64,000 nt of DNA from Candidatus Multivoradales bacterium (GTDB lineage Bacteria; Acidobacteriota; Thermoanaerobaculia; Multivoradales; JAHEKO01): the NCBI GenBank assembly GCA_965248055.1, contig CBDFIJ010000004.1:672001-736000 (forward strand). Direction: 5' to 3'. This document shows positions 48,114 to 58,451 of this stretch, piece by piece. The stretch's first letter is position 1. Each line of letters starts with the position of its first letter. Both the position numbers and the translations under genes were made by a program. Under the pieces are notes generated by a model, which was given only the letters and a program-made list of their open reading frames with translations, made no database searches and was not told the origin of the DNA.

Positions 48114-49501
48114 CCCGTCACCAACTCCATTGTTTTCATCGGGTTGACTGGCAACACCACTGCGCTGTCTACGATGTGGCCGACGACGTCATCGGCATGG
48201 GCTTCGGTTATCTCCACTTGAGACAACGAACCGGCGGGAGCGAAACCATCATTGATCAGCACTCTTCCGTCGATACCGGGGGCCAAGCCCCGGTGGCGCC
48301 CTTGCAACAGCAGGTCGGTTTCGTCGCACGCCCCCTCTACCAATACTTCAATGGTCTCCCCAACCAATCGCTTGCGACGCGCCAGCGAGATCGGTCGTTG
48401 CAGCTCCTTCAATTGATCCGCCCGACGTTGGGCGACCATCCTCGGCACCCGGTCCGCCAACTCTGCAGACGGAGTGCCGTCTTCGGGGCTGTACTGGAAC
48501 ACCCCCAGATGGTCGAAGCGGGCTTGTTCGACAAACTCCGTGAGGTTGTCAAACTCTTCCTCGGTCTCCCCAGGAAAGCCGACAATAAAGGTGGTGCGCA
48601 GCCAGATGTCAGGCGCCAATTTACGAGCACTCTGGACTAGGTCCAGATAGCGGGCGGCTGAACCCGCACGTTTCATGCGCTTGAGAGCGCGGCGATCGGC
48701 GTGCTGCAAAGGAATATCCAAGTAGGAGCAAAATCGCTCTTCGCCTCCCATCAACGCCAGCAGGCCACGATCCAGGGTTGCCGGATAGGCGTAGAGAAAG
48801 CGAATCCAAGGAACTGTAGTCTTCTCCAACAGGGCTTCCATCAGGCTGCGCAGACCCTCTCGACCGAGTCCCAGGTCTTCTCCGTAGCGGGTGGTGTCTT
48901 GCGCCACCAAACACAGTTCTTGAATGCCCTGCTGTTCCAATTGCTGCGCTTCGGCAACCAAGCTATCGACCGTTCGACTGCGGAATCGTCCCCGCCACTG
49001 AGGGATGGCGCAGAAGGTACAAGGATTGTCACAGCCTTCAGCGACTTTGAGATATGCGCTAGTCGCCGAGGTCAAGACCCTGGGTGAAGTGTGGTCAAAG
49101 ATCGCTTGAGATGCGCTCACCTGCGGCTGATCGGAACCCAGTTGTACCACCTCGCCCACCGAGGCCAAGCCGTCCAAGTCGATAAAGCCATCGACCTCCG
49201 GCAATGCGTCGGAAAGCTCCTTACCGTGCTTGTTCACCATGCAGCCAGCCACCAACACCCGACTAGGACCGCCGTTCTTTTTTAGCTCGGTCATCTCCAG
49301 AATGGTGTCGATCGACTCTTCCCGAGCTTCGCCAATGAAGCCACAGGTATTGACGATCACGGTGTCAGCACTCGCCGCATCGGCGGTAATCTCATAGCCA
49401 TCGCGGGTTAGGTGACCCAACATCACTTCACTGTCAACGAGATTTTTGGCGCAGCCAAGGCTGACAATTCCCACGCGTCTTTTTGTCCGTTCAGCTGCCA
49501 T
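48110..49501 (-). CDS. rimO: Ribosomal protein S12 methylthiotransferase
   Basis: SLGCAKNLVDSE, NTCGFI, AEGCDNPCTFC, AQDTTRYG, TRAM-like C-terminus. Confidence 0.95.
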   Translation of the reverse strand: MAAERTKRRVGIVSLGCAKNLVDSEVMLGHLTRDGYEITADAASADTVIVNTCGFIGEAREESIDTILEMTELKKNGGPSRVLVAGCMVNKHGKELSDALPEVDGFIDLDGLASVGEVVQLGSDQPQVSASQAIFDHTSPRVLTSATSAYLKVAEGCDNPCTFCAIPQWRGRFRSRTVDSLVAEAQQLEQQGIQELCLVAQDTTRYGEDLGLGREGLRSLMEALLEKTTVPWIRFLYAYPATLDRGLLALMGGEERFCSYLDIPLQHADRRALKRMKRAGSAARYLDLVQSARKLAPDIWLRTTFIVGFPGETEEEFDNLTEFVEQARFDHLGVFQYSPEDGTPSAELADRVPRMVAQRRADQLKELQRPISLARRKRLVGETIEVLVEGACDETDLLLQGRHRGLAPGIDGRVLINDGFAPAGSLSQVEITEAHADDVVGHIVDSAVVLPVNPMKTMELVTG

Positions 49502-49577
49502 GGAAGAATGCTAACAAAGCGGGAGCACAACCGCTTACGGGTTGGAGTTTCTTCACAATAACCATTGGAGTCCACGC

Positions 49578-51467
49578 ATGAACAACAACACAGGTCTGCT
49601 CACCCTTACCCTGACTCTCGGCTTCCTCACAGCTAGCTTGGGGTGCGTTGCGCCAAGCACTGAGTCCGATCAAACAGAAAACATCCAAGGAGAGACCGCT
49701 GTGCCTCAAGACCCCCATAGCTACGCCCACCCGGAGCAGGTCGCGGTGTCACACATTGCTCTGGATCTAGCGGTGGACTTCGATGCCAAGACGCTGAGCG
49801 GATCGGCCACTCTGGACCTCGATCGTCATGATCTGCAGGCTCCGTTGTTGTTGGATACCCGAGACCTGACAATCACCGCAGTCACCGACGAGTCCGGGCA
49901 AGCCCTGGACTACGCGGTTGGCGACAGTGATCCATGGTTGGGGTCGCCACTGGAAATCAACCTGGGCTCCGACACCCAACAAGTGCAGGTCTCCTACCAA
50001 ACCTCACCCACCGCGGGAGCCTTGCAGTGGCTTGACCCCAGCCAAACTGCTGGCGAGCTGCCATTCTTGTTCAGCCAATCTCAGGCCATCTTGGCCAGGA
50101 CTTGGGTACCTTGCCAGGACACCCCAGCGGTGCGTTTCACCTACAGCGCCACGATCGAAGCACCTCCCGGTTTTCTCGCCTTGATGAGTGCGGTGAACCC
50201 CCAAGAGATGTCCGAAGACGGTCAGTACTCCTTTCAAATGGAGCAACCGATCCCGTCCTATCTATTGGCGTTGGCGGTCGGCGACCTGCGTTTCGCAGCG
50301 ATCGGTGAGCACACTGGGGTCTACGCGGAACCGGCGACGGTTGAGGCCGCCGCCTGGGAGTTTGTCGAGGTGGATCAGATGCTGGAAGCAGCGGAACGGC
50401 TTTATGGAAAGTACGCCTGGGGTCGCTATGACCTGTTGGTTCTGCCCCCCAGTTTTCCCTTTGGTGGAATGGAGAATCCCCGCTTGACCTTTGCTACCCC
50501 AACGATTCTGGCCGGAGATCGATCGCTGGTGTCTTTGGTGGCCCACGAGTTGGCACACTCCTGGTCCGGCAATCTGGCGACCAACGCCAACTGGAACGAC
50601 TTTTGGCTCAACGAGGGATTCACCACCTACATCGAGCTACGATTGATGGAGGAAGTCTACGGCCCTGAGTATGCACAAATGCTGAGCGCCTTGTCGTACC
50701 AGGACTTGGTCGCCGACGTCGAGGAAAAGGGAGCCACATCCGTCGCTACCCACCTGCGCCTGGATCTGGCCGGGCAAGACCCCGATGAGGGCATGACCGC
50801 GATTGCCTATGACAAGGGCGCCCTACTGCTGCGCACCTTGGAGCAAGAACTTGGGCGCGCTGAACTCGACGGCTTTCTGATGTCCTGGTTTGACCAGAAC
50901 GCCTTCCAACCGGTGACCACCGGACAACTGATGGCGGCACTGCGTTCGACTTTCCCGGATCGCGGAGAGTTGTGGCAACAGGTCGAACAAAATTGGATCG
51001 ATGGACCGGGTATTCCGCAGCCCCACGCCTCTGTCAACGCCGCCGGATTCCAAGCAGTGGATCAAGCGTTAACCGCTTGGAGCAGTGCGGCACAGTTGCC
51101 CGACTGGCAGACCTGGAACACTCATCAACGATTGCATTTCTTACGCAACCTGCCGAGCGATCTCTCGCTGAATCAGTTAACAGCTCTCGATGACGCTCTG
51201 GGCCTAACAACAGCAGGCAACGCCGAGATCGCGGCGCGCTGGTTCCAGGTGGCCATCGAAGCTGGCTATCAGCCCGCCTACGGCCGGCTGGAGGAGTTTC
51301 TGCTCCGCGTCGGTCGCCGAAAGTTTCTCAAGCCGCTCTACGAAGCCTTGGCCAAGACGGAAGAGGGGACAACTTGGGCGCGGGAGGTCTACGCTCGAGC
51401 ACGACCTGGATACCACGCGGTCTCGCAGGGAACTCTTGACGAGATCTTGGGGTGGTCTGAGGGCTAG
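49578..51467 (+). CDS. M1-family aminopeptidase (leukotriene-A4-hydrolase-like), probable lipoprotein
   Basis: ASLGC lipobox-like; GGMEN, HELAHSW...WLNEG, YDKG. Confidence 0.93.
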   Translation: MNNNTGLLTLTLTLGFLTASLGCVAPSTESDQTENIQGETAVPQDPHSYAHPEQVAVSHIALDLAVDFDAKTLSGSATLDLDRHDLQAPLLLDTRDLTITAVTDESGQALDYAVGDSDPWLGSPLEINLGSDTQQVQVSYQTSPTAGALQWLDPSQTAGELPFLFSQSQAILARTWVPCQDTPAVRFTYSATIEAPPGFLALMSAVNPQEMSEDGQYSFQMEQPIPSYLLALAVGDLRFAAIGEHTGVYAEPATVEAAAWEFVEVDQMLEAAERLYGKYAWGRYDLLVLPPSFPFGGMENPRLTFATPTILAGDRSLVSLVAHELAHSWSGNLATNANWNDFWLNEGFTTYIELRLMEEVYGPEYAQMLSALSYQDLVADVEEKGATSVATHLRLDLAGQDPDEGMTAIAYDKGALLLRTLEQELGRAELDGFLMSWFDQNAFQPVTTGQLMAALRSTFPDRGELWQQVEQNWIDGPGIPQPHASVNAAGFQAVDQALTAWSSAAQLPDWQTWNTHQRLHFLRNLPSDLSLNQLTALDDALGLTTAGNAEIAARWFQVAIEAGYQPAYGRLEEFLLRVGRRKFLKPLYEALAKTEEGTTWAREVYARARPGYHAVSQGTLDEILGWSEG

Positions 51468-51489
51468 GCACTGGCCCACCTATGGCGGT

Positions 51490-51655
51490 ATCGGGACGCT
51501 ATCAAAGCCGTGCGGGAGGGTGTCTGTCTGCGAGGCTGTTTTCGGCGAGCAGTATCTGTTCTGGAGTAGTTCCCGGCCCCCCGCCTTCACGCCCGCCGGG
51601 ATGACGGGCAAGAGAGCCCATTCGCCCGCACGACGAGCAATGGGTAGCACCACCG
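51490..51655. ncRNA. Structured intergenic RNA candidate (unassigned)
   Basis: Long-range pairings 51498-51503/51643-51648 and 51509-51516/51625-51632, plus an inner hairpin GCCCG/CGGGC; lies between convergent genes. Confidence 0.4.
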
Positions 51656-51680
51656 GGCCGACGGGCCGCGAATGAGGCCT

Positions 51681-53621
51681 CTAGCTGGCGGTCGCGGTGT
51701 CTACCGAAGCTGCCACCGGATGCTCAACCGGAGGAGCGACCTCGCGCACCGAATCCTCGGCCGGAGCGGACGGTGATTCCGGCTTGGAGTCGGTGCCACG
51801 ATCGCCTTCCAAAAACAGATGCTCGCCCTCGAGCACGTCCACCGCATAACGGTAGTTCTTGGCATCGTCGTTGTGCCACAGATCGTGGAACAAGCGATCG
51901 ACTTCGCGTCGGGTATTGATACAAAAAATATCGGCCGATTGCAGCGCTGACTTGGCTCCCTCATGCCCGATCTTCTTTATCGCCGTGGCGCGGGAGGCAG
52001 CGGCCGCCATGGCGAATAACTCATCGGCGATGTCCACCAGACGAAAAAGGAATCCCTGCTTGTTCTGCAGACCACCCTGGTGAACCAGCATGCCGTGAAA
52101 TACCTGACGTGCGAGTTTGCGCGACTTGCGATCGACAAAACGCATGTGGGGCGCCAAGTCACCAAACTCAGCATAGCGAGGCCATCTACCCCAACCCAGC
52201 CAGCGGGTGGGATACCAGACGCCGTAGAACGCTGCGCTGCGTAGTAGGGCACCCATCTTGGCACCCAAACCCTGTTTTGGATCGATCAAGGCACCGGCGA
52301 CCTGTAAGTGTTTATCGACCGCTTCCCGAGCCATGAACAGATGCATGATCTCGCTAGATCCTTCAAAGATGCGGTTAATTCTGAAATCGCGCATCATGCG
52401 CTCAATCCCGATTCCCTTGACTCCACGACTTTGCAGCGATTCTTCAGTTTCGTATCCAATGCCGCCACATACCTGCATGGTGTCGTCGATTAAGTCCCAG
52501 CCGACTTCGGTGTTCCACAACTTGCAGGCCGCAGCCTCCAAGCGAATATCGTAGTTACCCGCGTCAGCCATGGCGGTGGTGGTACGCACCATAGACTCCA
52601 TGGCGAAGGTCTTAGCAGCCATGTTGGCGATCAGTTGGGCAACTGCCTCGTGTTTGCCCACCGGTCGACCCCACTGCACTCGCTGCGAGGCGAATTCACG
52701 GCAGGCTTCGACGCATTCCTTGGCTGCGCCTACCGCGCCGTTGGGAATCGATAGACGACCGTCATTGAGCGTGGTGAGCGCGATCTTCAGTCCTCTCCCC
52801 TCTTTGCCGATCAGATTTTCGACCGGCACTCGGACATTGTGAAAACTAACCACCGCGTTGGCCAAAGCACGCAAACCCATGAAATGGCACCGGTGATCCA
52901 CTACCACGCCCTGCCAGTCAGCCTCGACCACAAAGGCGCTGATCTTGCCGCTATCGGCATGCCGGGCCATCACCACAAACAGCTTGGCGATGGTGCCATT
53001 GGTGCACCACAACTTGACGCCATTCATGATGTAGCTCTTGCCGTCTTCGGAGAGTTCGACCGAGGTCGCCAACCGTGCCGGGTCAGAGCCCACGTCGGGT
53101 TCGGTCAAGGCAAAGGCTGAGATCTCCCCAGCGGCACAACGCGGCAAGTACTCCTGCTTGAGATCGTCACTTCCGAACAACTTGAGTGGATTGGGGACGC
53201 CGATCGACTGATGGGCGGAAAGCAGCGCCGATACGTTGCCATCGACCCGCCCCACGTACTCCATAACCGTTTGGTACTCGGTATTGGAGAAACCAAGACC
53301 ACCGTACTTCTTGGGGATCTTCATGCCGAAAGCGCCGATCTCGCGCAGGCCATCGATCAGTTCCGGTGGATACTCACCAGTGCGATCAATGGCAACCGAA
53401 TCCGTGCGATCTAAAAGCGCTATGAACTTGGCGTAGAATTCCGAAAACTCACTGGTGGGACGCTCTCGTAAAGGGAACGGATGCACCAGTTCCAAGTGAA
53501 AATTGCCGAGAAACAACTCTTTTAGAAAGCTGGGCTGCTTCCATTCCTTCTGCCGCGAAGCTTCCGCCAGTTCGCGGGCCTCGCTCTCGGTTGCATGCCT
53601 TACTTTGTTGGGTTCACTCAT
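51681..53621 (-). CDS. Acyl-CoA dehydrogenase (long, ACAD9/VLCAD-like)
   Basis: AHQSIG, AFALTEPDVGSD, NGVKLWCTNG, RVQWG, RDFRINRIFEG. Confidence 0.94.
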   Translation of the reverse strand: MSEPNKVRHATESEARELAEASRQKEWKQPSFLKELFLGNFHLELVHPFPLRERPTSEFSEFYAKFIALLDRTDSVAIDRTGEYPPELIDGLREIGAFGMKIPKKYGGLGFSNTEYQTVMEYVGRVDGNVSALLSAHQSIGVPNPLKLFGSDDLKQEYLPRCAAGEISAFALTEPDVGSDPARLATSVELSEDGKSYIMNGVKLWCTNGTIAKLFVVMARHADSGKISAFVVEADWQGVVVDHRCHFMGLRALANAVVSFHNVRVPVENLIGKEGRGLKIALTTLNDGRLSIPNGAVGAAKECVEACREFASQRVQWGRPVGKHEAVAQLIANMAAKTFAMESMVRTTTAMADAGNYDIRLEAAACKLWNTEVGWDLIDDTMQVCGGIGYETEESLQSRGVKGIGIERMMRDFRINRIFEGSSEIMHLFMAREAVDKHLQVAGALIDPKQGLGAKMGALLRSAAFYGVWYPTRWLGWGRWPRYAEFGDLAPHMRFVDRKSRKLARQVFHGMLVHQGGLQNKQGFLFRLVDIADELFAMAAAASRATAIKKIGHEGAKSALQSADIFCINTRREVDRLFHDLWHNDDAKNYRYAVDVLEGEHLFLEGDRGTDSKPESPSAPAEDSVREVAPPVEHPVAASVDTATAS

Positions 53622-53830
53622 GCCTGGCCTCCGGTGTCAATACGCTTCATCTGCCAGTGCGGACTGCCAATGCCGCGATGTGGCATAAATCTTACCGCGC
53701 TGCGGCATTGATCCTAGCAAACCGTCGTCAACAAGCCAAATCGGTCTCCATACGATGCCAACCCGCTCAGCCAATTCCTTCCATCACGGACTTGGTCGCG
53801 CCAAAAAAATAGGCACCACTGCCACGACAA

Positions 53831-55126
53831 TTAGGGATAAATCCTGGTCAAGGTCCTGGGGTAGGGAATGGTCTCGCGGATATGGTGGATGCCACACATC
53901 CAACCTACGAACCGCTCTAAGCCCATGCCGAAACCGCTGTGCGGAAAGGTACCGTGCCGACGCACGTCCAAGTACCACTGAAACGCATCTTCGGGCAGGT
54001 CGTGTTGGCGAATCCGCTCGAGTAGCAGGTCGTAGTCATGGATGCGCTGGCTGCCGCCAATAATCTCGCCGTAGCCTTCGGGGGCCAATACATCCAAAGC
54101 CAGGGCAAGTTTCGGGTCTTCTGGTGCTGGCTGCATGTAAAACGCTTTGATCTCGGTCGGGTACTTCTGCACCATCACCGGTTTAGCGAAGTGGTTGGCC
54201 AACGCGCTCTCCTCTTCGGCGCCGAAGTCGTCACCCCAGGTCACTGCAAAGCCCTGCTCTACCAACATTTTCACCGCTTCGGTGTAGGAGATCCTGGGAA
54301 ACGGACCACACACCGCCTGCAACGGTTCCAAGTCCCGTTCCAGCACCTTGAGCGGCTCGGAGCAACGATCGAGAACCCGACTGACCACTTGACAGAGAAA
54401 GTCCTCGGCCAGATCACAAAGGCCGTCAAATTCAAGACCGGCCACCTCTGGCTCGACCATCCAAAACTCGGTGAGATGGCGACGGGTTTTCGATTTTTCC
54501 GCGCGAAACGTCGGTCCGAAGCAGTAGACCTTACCCAGCGCCGCGGCTGCAGGTTCTAAATAGAGTTGCCCCGACTGGCTGAGATAGGCCTCTTCACCAA
54601 AATAGTCGGTGGAAAATAATGTCGAAGTGCCCTCGCAAGCCGCCGGTGTCAAAATCGGCGAGTCAATCAGCACAAAATCTCGATTGTAAAAGTAGTCGCG
54701 AATCGCCTGCACCACCTCGTTGCGTACCTGCAAAATCGCCCGAGGGCGACTGGAACGCAGCCATAGGTGCCGGTGGTCCATTAGGAAGGCGGTACCGTGC
54801 TCTTTGGGCGAGATCGGAAATTCGTTGCCTGCGGCGTGGCGGATTACCTGCGCGGCGTGAATCTCGACACCCCCAGGAGCCCGTTGATCCTCGCTCACGT
54901 TGCCGACAATCGAGACAAAGTCCTCTTGCGTTAAGGTCGAGGCGATCTCCCAACTGGCGTCGTTCAAGTCACTCTTGGAGCACACCACTTGCACCGCGTC
55001 GGTGCCCAGCCGAACCGTGGCAAAAGCAATCTTTCCCGAGGATCGAGATTGCATAATCCAGCCGTCGAACTTCACGGTCTCGCCCGCTTGGGCGCGTAGT
55101 TGTTGCAAAGTAGATACAGAGGTCAT
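53831..55126 (-). CDS. asnS: Asparagine--tRNA ligase
   Basis: HRHLWLRS, LSQSGQLY, FRAEKSKTRRHLTEFWM, GEIIGGSQR, PHSGFGMGLER. Confidence 0.95.
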   Translation of the reverse strand: MTSVSTLQQLRAQAGETVKFDGWIMQSRSSGKIAFATVRLGTDAVQVVCSKSDLNDASWEIASTLTQEDFVSIVGNVSEDQRAPGGVEIHAAQVIRHAAGNEFPISPKEHGTAFLMDHRHLWLRSSRPRAILQVRNEVVQAIRDYFYNRDFVLIDSPILTPAACEGTSTLFSTDYFGEEAYLSQSGQLYLEPAAAALGKVYCFGPTFRAEKSKTRRHLTEFWMVEPEVAGLEFDGLCDLAEDFLCQVVSRVLDRCSEPLKVLERDLEPLQAVCGPFPRISYTEAVKMLVEQGFAVTWGDDFGAEEESALANHFAKPVMVQKYPTEIKAFYMQPAPEDPKLALALDVLAPEGYGEIIGGSQRIHDYDLLLERIRQHDLPEDAFQWYLDVRRHGTFPHSGFGMGLERFVGWMCGIHHIRETIPYPRTLTRIYP

Positions 55127-55291
55127 CAATATTCTCCAGGCGGGGCTTTCCAGATACGGTTTTCTAGAAGTGAGTCTCCAGATGCAGTGCCCACCAAATT
55201 ACCCAGCCGTGATCATAGCAACGCCTACCACGCTTCACAGTACCTTCCAGGGCCTTTCTCGTGCCTCCCCGAAACTGGAAACGCTTGTGCT

Positions 55292-55957
55292 CTAACCGTC
55301 GATCTCCAGCTTGGTACTCGCGTGTTCAGCCGCCACTTGCTCGGCTTGCTTCTTGGTCGGACCGACCCCGAGCCCCACCACCTCATCTTCCAGCAAACAT
55401 TCGACGGTGAAGGTCTTCTCGTGATCCGGGCCAGTGCTATCTCTCAAACGATAACTCGGCAGCGACATTGAGCGTGCCTGTAGCCACTCCTGAAGTCGCC
55501 CCTTGTGATCCGCCGCCGGGATTGGGCCAGAAAACAGAGGTTCCAGGAGTTTCTCGGCTGCCCAAAGTCCCGAATCCAAATAGGCGGCGCCTACGATCGC
55601 CTCCATAGCATCGGCCAGCACTCCCTCTTTCTCGGCTCCCCCACTCGCGCTCTCCCCGCGCCCAAGACGGAGAAATTCTCCGATCCCGTAGCGCCGTGCC
55701 AGAGAAGCAAGCGCCGGGCGACTCACTAGTCGACTCTTTAGTTGAGACAGGACCCCTTCCTGTTCCTCAGGGTTTGCGCGAAACAGCCCTTCGACCACCA
55801 CCAACTCAACGACCGCATCCCCCAAAAGTTCCAGGCGCTCGTTGTCTGGGCAGTTCTGTTCTGAGGCAAACGAGCGATGGGTCAAGGCGCGGTCGAGTAG
55901 TTCGCGATCTTCAAACGTCAATCCCAGCCCTTGTTCCACGGGGCTCAGCTCACTCAT
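55292..55957 (-). CDS. rnc: Ribonuclease III
   Basis: ALTHRS, NERLELLGDAV, ADAMEA, dsRBD. Confidence 0.96.
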   Translation of the reverse strand: MSELSPVEQGLGLTFEDRELLDRALTHRSFASEQNCPDNERLELLGDAVVELVVVEGLFRANPEEQEGVLSQLKSRLVSRPALASLARRYGIGEFLRLGRGESASGGAEKEGVLADAMEAIVGAAYLDSGLWAAEKLLEPLFSGPIPAADHKGRLQEWLQARSMSLPSYRLRDSTGPDHEKTFTVECLLEDEVVGLGVGPTKKQAEQVAAEHASTKLEIDG

Positions 55958-57783
55958 CGGCGGTGAAACTGTTTTTCCAGGTCAAGATCGGACATCCGTA
56001 GCATCACCGGGCGTCCGTGAGGGCAGGCGTAGGGGTTGTCCGCGGCAAACAACTCGGAGATCAAATCCTCCGTTTCTTGGGGGTTCAAGACATCGTGCAT
56101 CTTGACTGCGCGTCGGCACGAGAGTCCGGCGGCCAAGACCTCTTCAAAGCGAGCGACCAGCTGATCGACCGGCAGATCGGCGGCAGCCACTTCCCGGAGA
56201 AATGTTTCGACCTGGGTATGCGACAACATTGCCGGGAGCGCGGAAATCGCCACCGTTCCCCCCGACAGCACCTCAATATCAAACCCCGCCTTGCTGGCGA
56301 ATTCCTGAGCATCTGCCAGCCGCTCGCTTTCGTCGCTTGAAACTTCAACCATCAGGGGCGTCAACAACGTCTGTTGTTCAATCGGAGATCCGGTACTGGC
56401 CTTCAAAATCCGCTCGAATAACACGCGCTCATGAGCCACATGCTGATCGATTAAGTAGAGCGCATCCGGCCCTTCGGCGAGGATCAACGAGGCCTTGTAC
56501 TGCCCGAGGATGCGAAACGGTCGCTCGCGCCCATCCCTACCGCTCAACGGAATCACTCTCTCGGACGGTTCCGGGGCCGGACTGGGTTCCGAGATTCGGT
56601 CGCGGATTACGCTTGCGCTGAACCCCTCCGCCCCGGCACCAGCCTCAGCTACATCGCCCGGCTGATCGCCGGCGGTGAGGTTCCAAGTCTCGGTCGGTTG
56701 CGATGCTCGGCCCAACCCTTGCCAAGCACCTGGGCTGCTCAGCGGCAGATCGAAGACGGTATCGACCGGGGCTTGTTCGTGACCGCGCGCCAACGCCAGA
56801 CCGTGGCGCAAACGTCGATAGACCCGCGAGTTGAGGCTGGCGTCGCGAAACCGCACTTCGTGCTTTTGCGGGTGCACGTTGACGTCGACCTGATCCGGCG
56901 AAAGTTGCAGAAACAGGAACAAAGACGGAAATTCTCCACCACCCCACTCATCGCGCGCTGCGCGATAGAACAAGGCCATCAGCGCCCGATCTCTGAGCAG
57001 CCTGCCGTTGACAAAAACAAAGGCTTTTCGACCTCGCACCGTCTGCTTATCGCCGACCATGCCCCAAATCGATTCTTCGCTCTCTGGAGAGTCGCCAAAG
57101 GGAACTAGGTGTTCGGCAAGGCGGCGACCAAAAAGCTGATCCACACGGGTCCGCAACCCGCTATAGGCATCGGGATCGACCAACTTCGGCGCCTCAATCA
57201 ACGCTCCAGCTTGGCTATCCAGGCTAAAGCCAATGTCACGATGAACCAAAGCGTAGGCGCTGACCACCTCCACGCACCGGCGCTGTTCGGTGGCTGCTTG
57301 CTTGAGGAACTTGCGCCTCGCCGGTACATTGTAAAAAAGCGAAGAAACCTCGATACCGGTACCGATGGGATAGGGAATCGGCTCCGCCACCGTCTGCTCT
57401 CCACCCTCAACCCGCACGTGAAAACCACCTCCGGCTTGATCGGTGGTACGTAAATCGACTTGACTCACCGCGGCGATGGCTGCCAGCGCTTCACCACGAA
57501 ACCCCAAAGTTGCAATCGCCTCCAAGTCCGCCAGTTGCTCCAATTTGCTGGTTGCGTGACGCTGGAACGCGAGCACAGCATCTTGGGCGTCCATCCCCTG
57601 GCCGTCGTCACGAACGCTCAAATACTCGCGTCCGCCGCCGCCCAACTCAATCTTGATCTGCGAAGAGTTGGCGTCTAAGGAATTCTCCAGCAACTCTTTG
57701 ACCACCGACGCCGGCCGCTCCACCACTTCGCCGGCAGCGATCTGAGTGATCAGGCGATCGGCAAGCGGCTTGATCCTGCTCAA
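55954..57783 (-). CDS. mutL: DNA mismatch repair protein MutL
   Basis: IAAGEVVERPASVVKELLENSLDA, GFRGEALA, DQHVAHERVLFE, CPHGRP. Start moved to TTG 57783. Confidence 0.97.
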   Translation of the reverse strand: MSRIKPLADRLITQIAAGEVVERPASVVKELLENSLDANSSQIKIELGGGGREYLSVRDDGQGMDAQDAVLAFQRHATSKLEQLADLEAIATLGFRGEALAAIAAVSQVDLRTTDQAGGGFHVRVEGGEQTVAEPIPYPIGTGIEVSSLFYNVPARRKFLKQAATEQRRCVEVVSAYALVHRDIGFSLDSQAGALIEAPKLVDPDAYSGLRTRVDQLFGRRLAEHLVPFGDSPESEESIWGMVGDKQTVRGRKAFVFVNGRLLRDRALMALFYRAARDEWGGGEFPSLFLFLQLSPDQVDVNVHPQKHEVRFRDASLNSRVYRRLRHGLALARGHEQAPVDTVFDLPLSSPGAWQGLGRASQPTETWNLTAGDQPGDVAEAGAGAEGFSASVIRDRISEPSPAPEPSERVIPLSGRDGRERPFRILGQYKASLILAEGPDALYLIDQHVAHERVLFERILKASTGSPIEQQTLLTPLMVEVSSDESERLADAQEFASKAGFDIEVLSGGTVAISALPAMLSHTQVETFLREVAAADLPVDQLVARFEEVLAAGLSCRRAVKMHDVLNPQETEDLISELFAADNPYACPHGRPVMLRMSDLDLEKQFHRR

Positions 57784-58388
57784 AATCCCGCTCCGTGCCA
57801 ACCCTGTACATCCCGGCTCGAAGAAACCAAACCGTGTGTGGACAGGAACCGATAGGCCAAAGCCACTGGGAAAGCGGCCAGCAGTAAGCCCAACAAGGTC
57901 ACCGGCAGTGCTGAGACCCGTGCGCCTCGCTGCAACCAAAAGGCGATCGCGGTTGCCAAACCAGTGGCTACCAAAAAGCTCGCCGCATCCCCCACCAAAG
58001 AGCGTCCTAGAGTCCTCCTCTGCAACAGCCACCCCGCCACCCACGCCCCTGCGGCCGCGGCCAGCGCTCGCGCACCGACCTGCCAAACCACATACCTAGC
58101 TCCACCCTGGCCAAGAATCAAAGGCAGTTCAAACAAAGTACCCATCAAGATAATCAACACCGCGCTGCCCGCTCTCCAGCCGCCCCACAGGCCACCAGCC
58201 AACGCCGCCACCCAAAGAAACAAGAACAATCCGGCCCACAACCCAGGCACAAGGATCGGCAACGCCGCGGCTGTCAGCAGGGCCGCCAAACTGAACCCAA
58301 GCAATTTCAGAGTGCGAAGAATCGTCCTGAGATCCCCAGGAGAGTCGTAGGCCGGGTCATGACCGAGTGCCGGTCGAGAAGCTGTCAT
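57780..58388 (-). CDS. Hypothetical membrane protein
   Basis: About 5-6 hydrophobic segments; its stop overlaps the mutL start. Confidence 0.7.
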   Translation of the reverse strand: MTASRPALGHDPAYDSPGDLRTILRTLKLLGFSLAALLTAAALPILVPGLWAGLFLFLWVAALAGGLWGGWRAGSAVLIILMGTLFELPLILGQGGARYVVWQVGARALAAAAGAWVAGWLLQRRTLGRSLVGDAASFLVATGLATAIAFWLQRGARVSALPVTLLGLLLAAFPVALAYRFLSTHGLVSSSRDVQGWHGAGF

Positions 58389-58451
58389 CGGAAAATTCCT
58401 TGGGTTGGGGTCTGGTTCATGGGGTTCAAGAGCGTTTGCTGCAACTTCGTG

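Noticed and set aside
51615-51655. T-box-like (AATGGGTAGCACCAC) or HDV-ribozyme-like (GGCGAATGGG) assignment
   Set aside because: No downstream gene or specifier stem for a T-box, and I could not build the HDV nested pseudoknot.
57784-58086. N-terminal extension of MutL in the ORF track (likewise secA 38173, ppdK 62589, rluD 6039, 33066 for the choice-of-anchor B protein)
   Set aside because: The extensions overlap neighbouring genes or intergenic DNA; family homology starts at the later codon.
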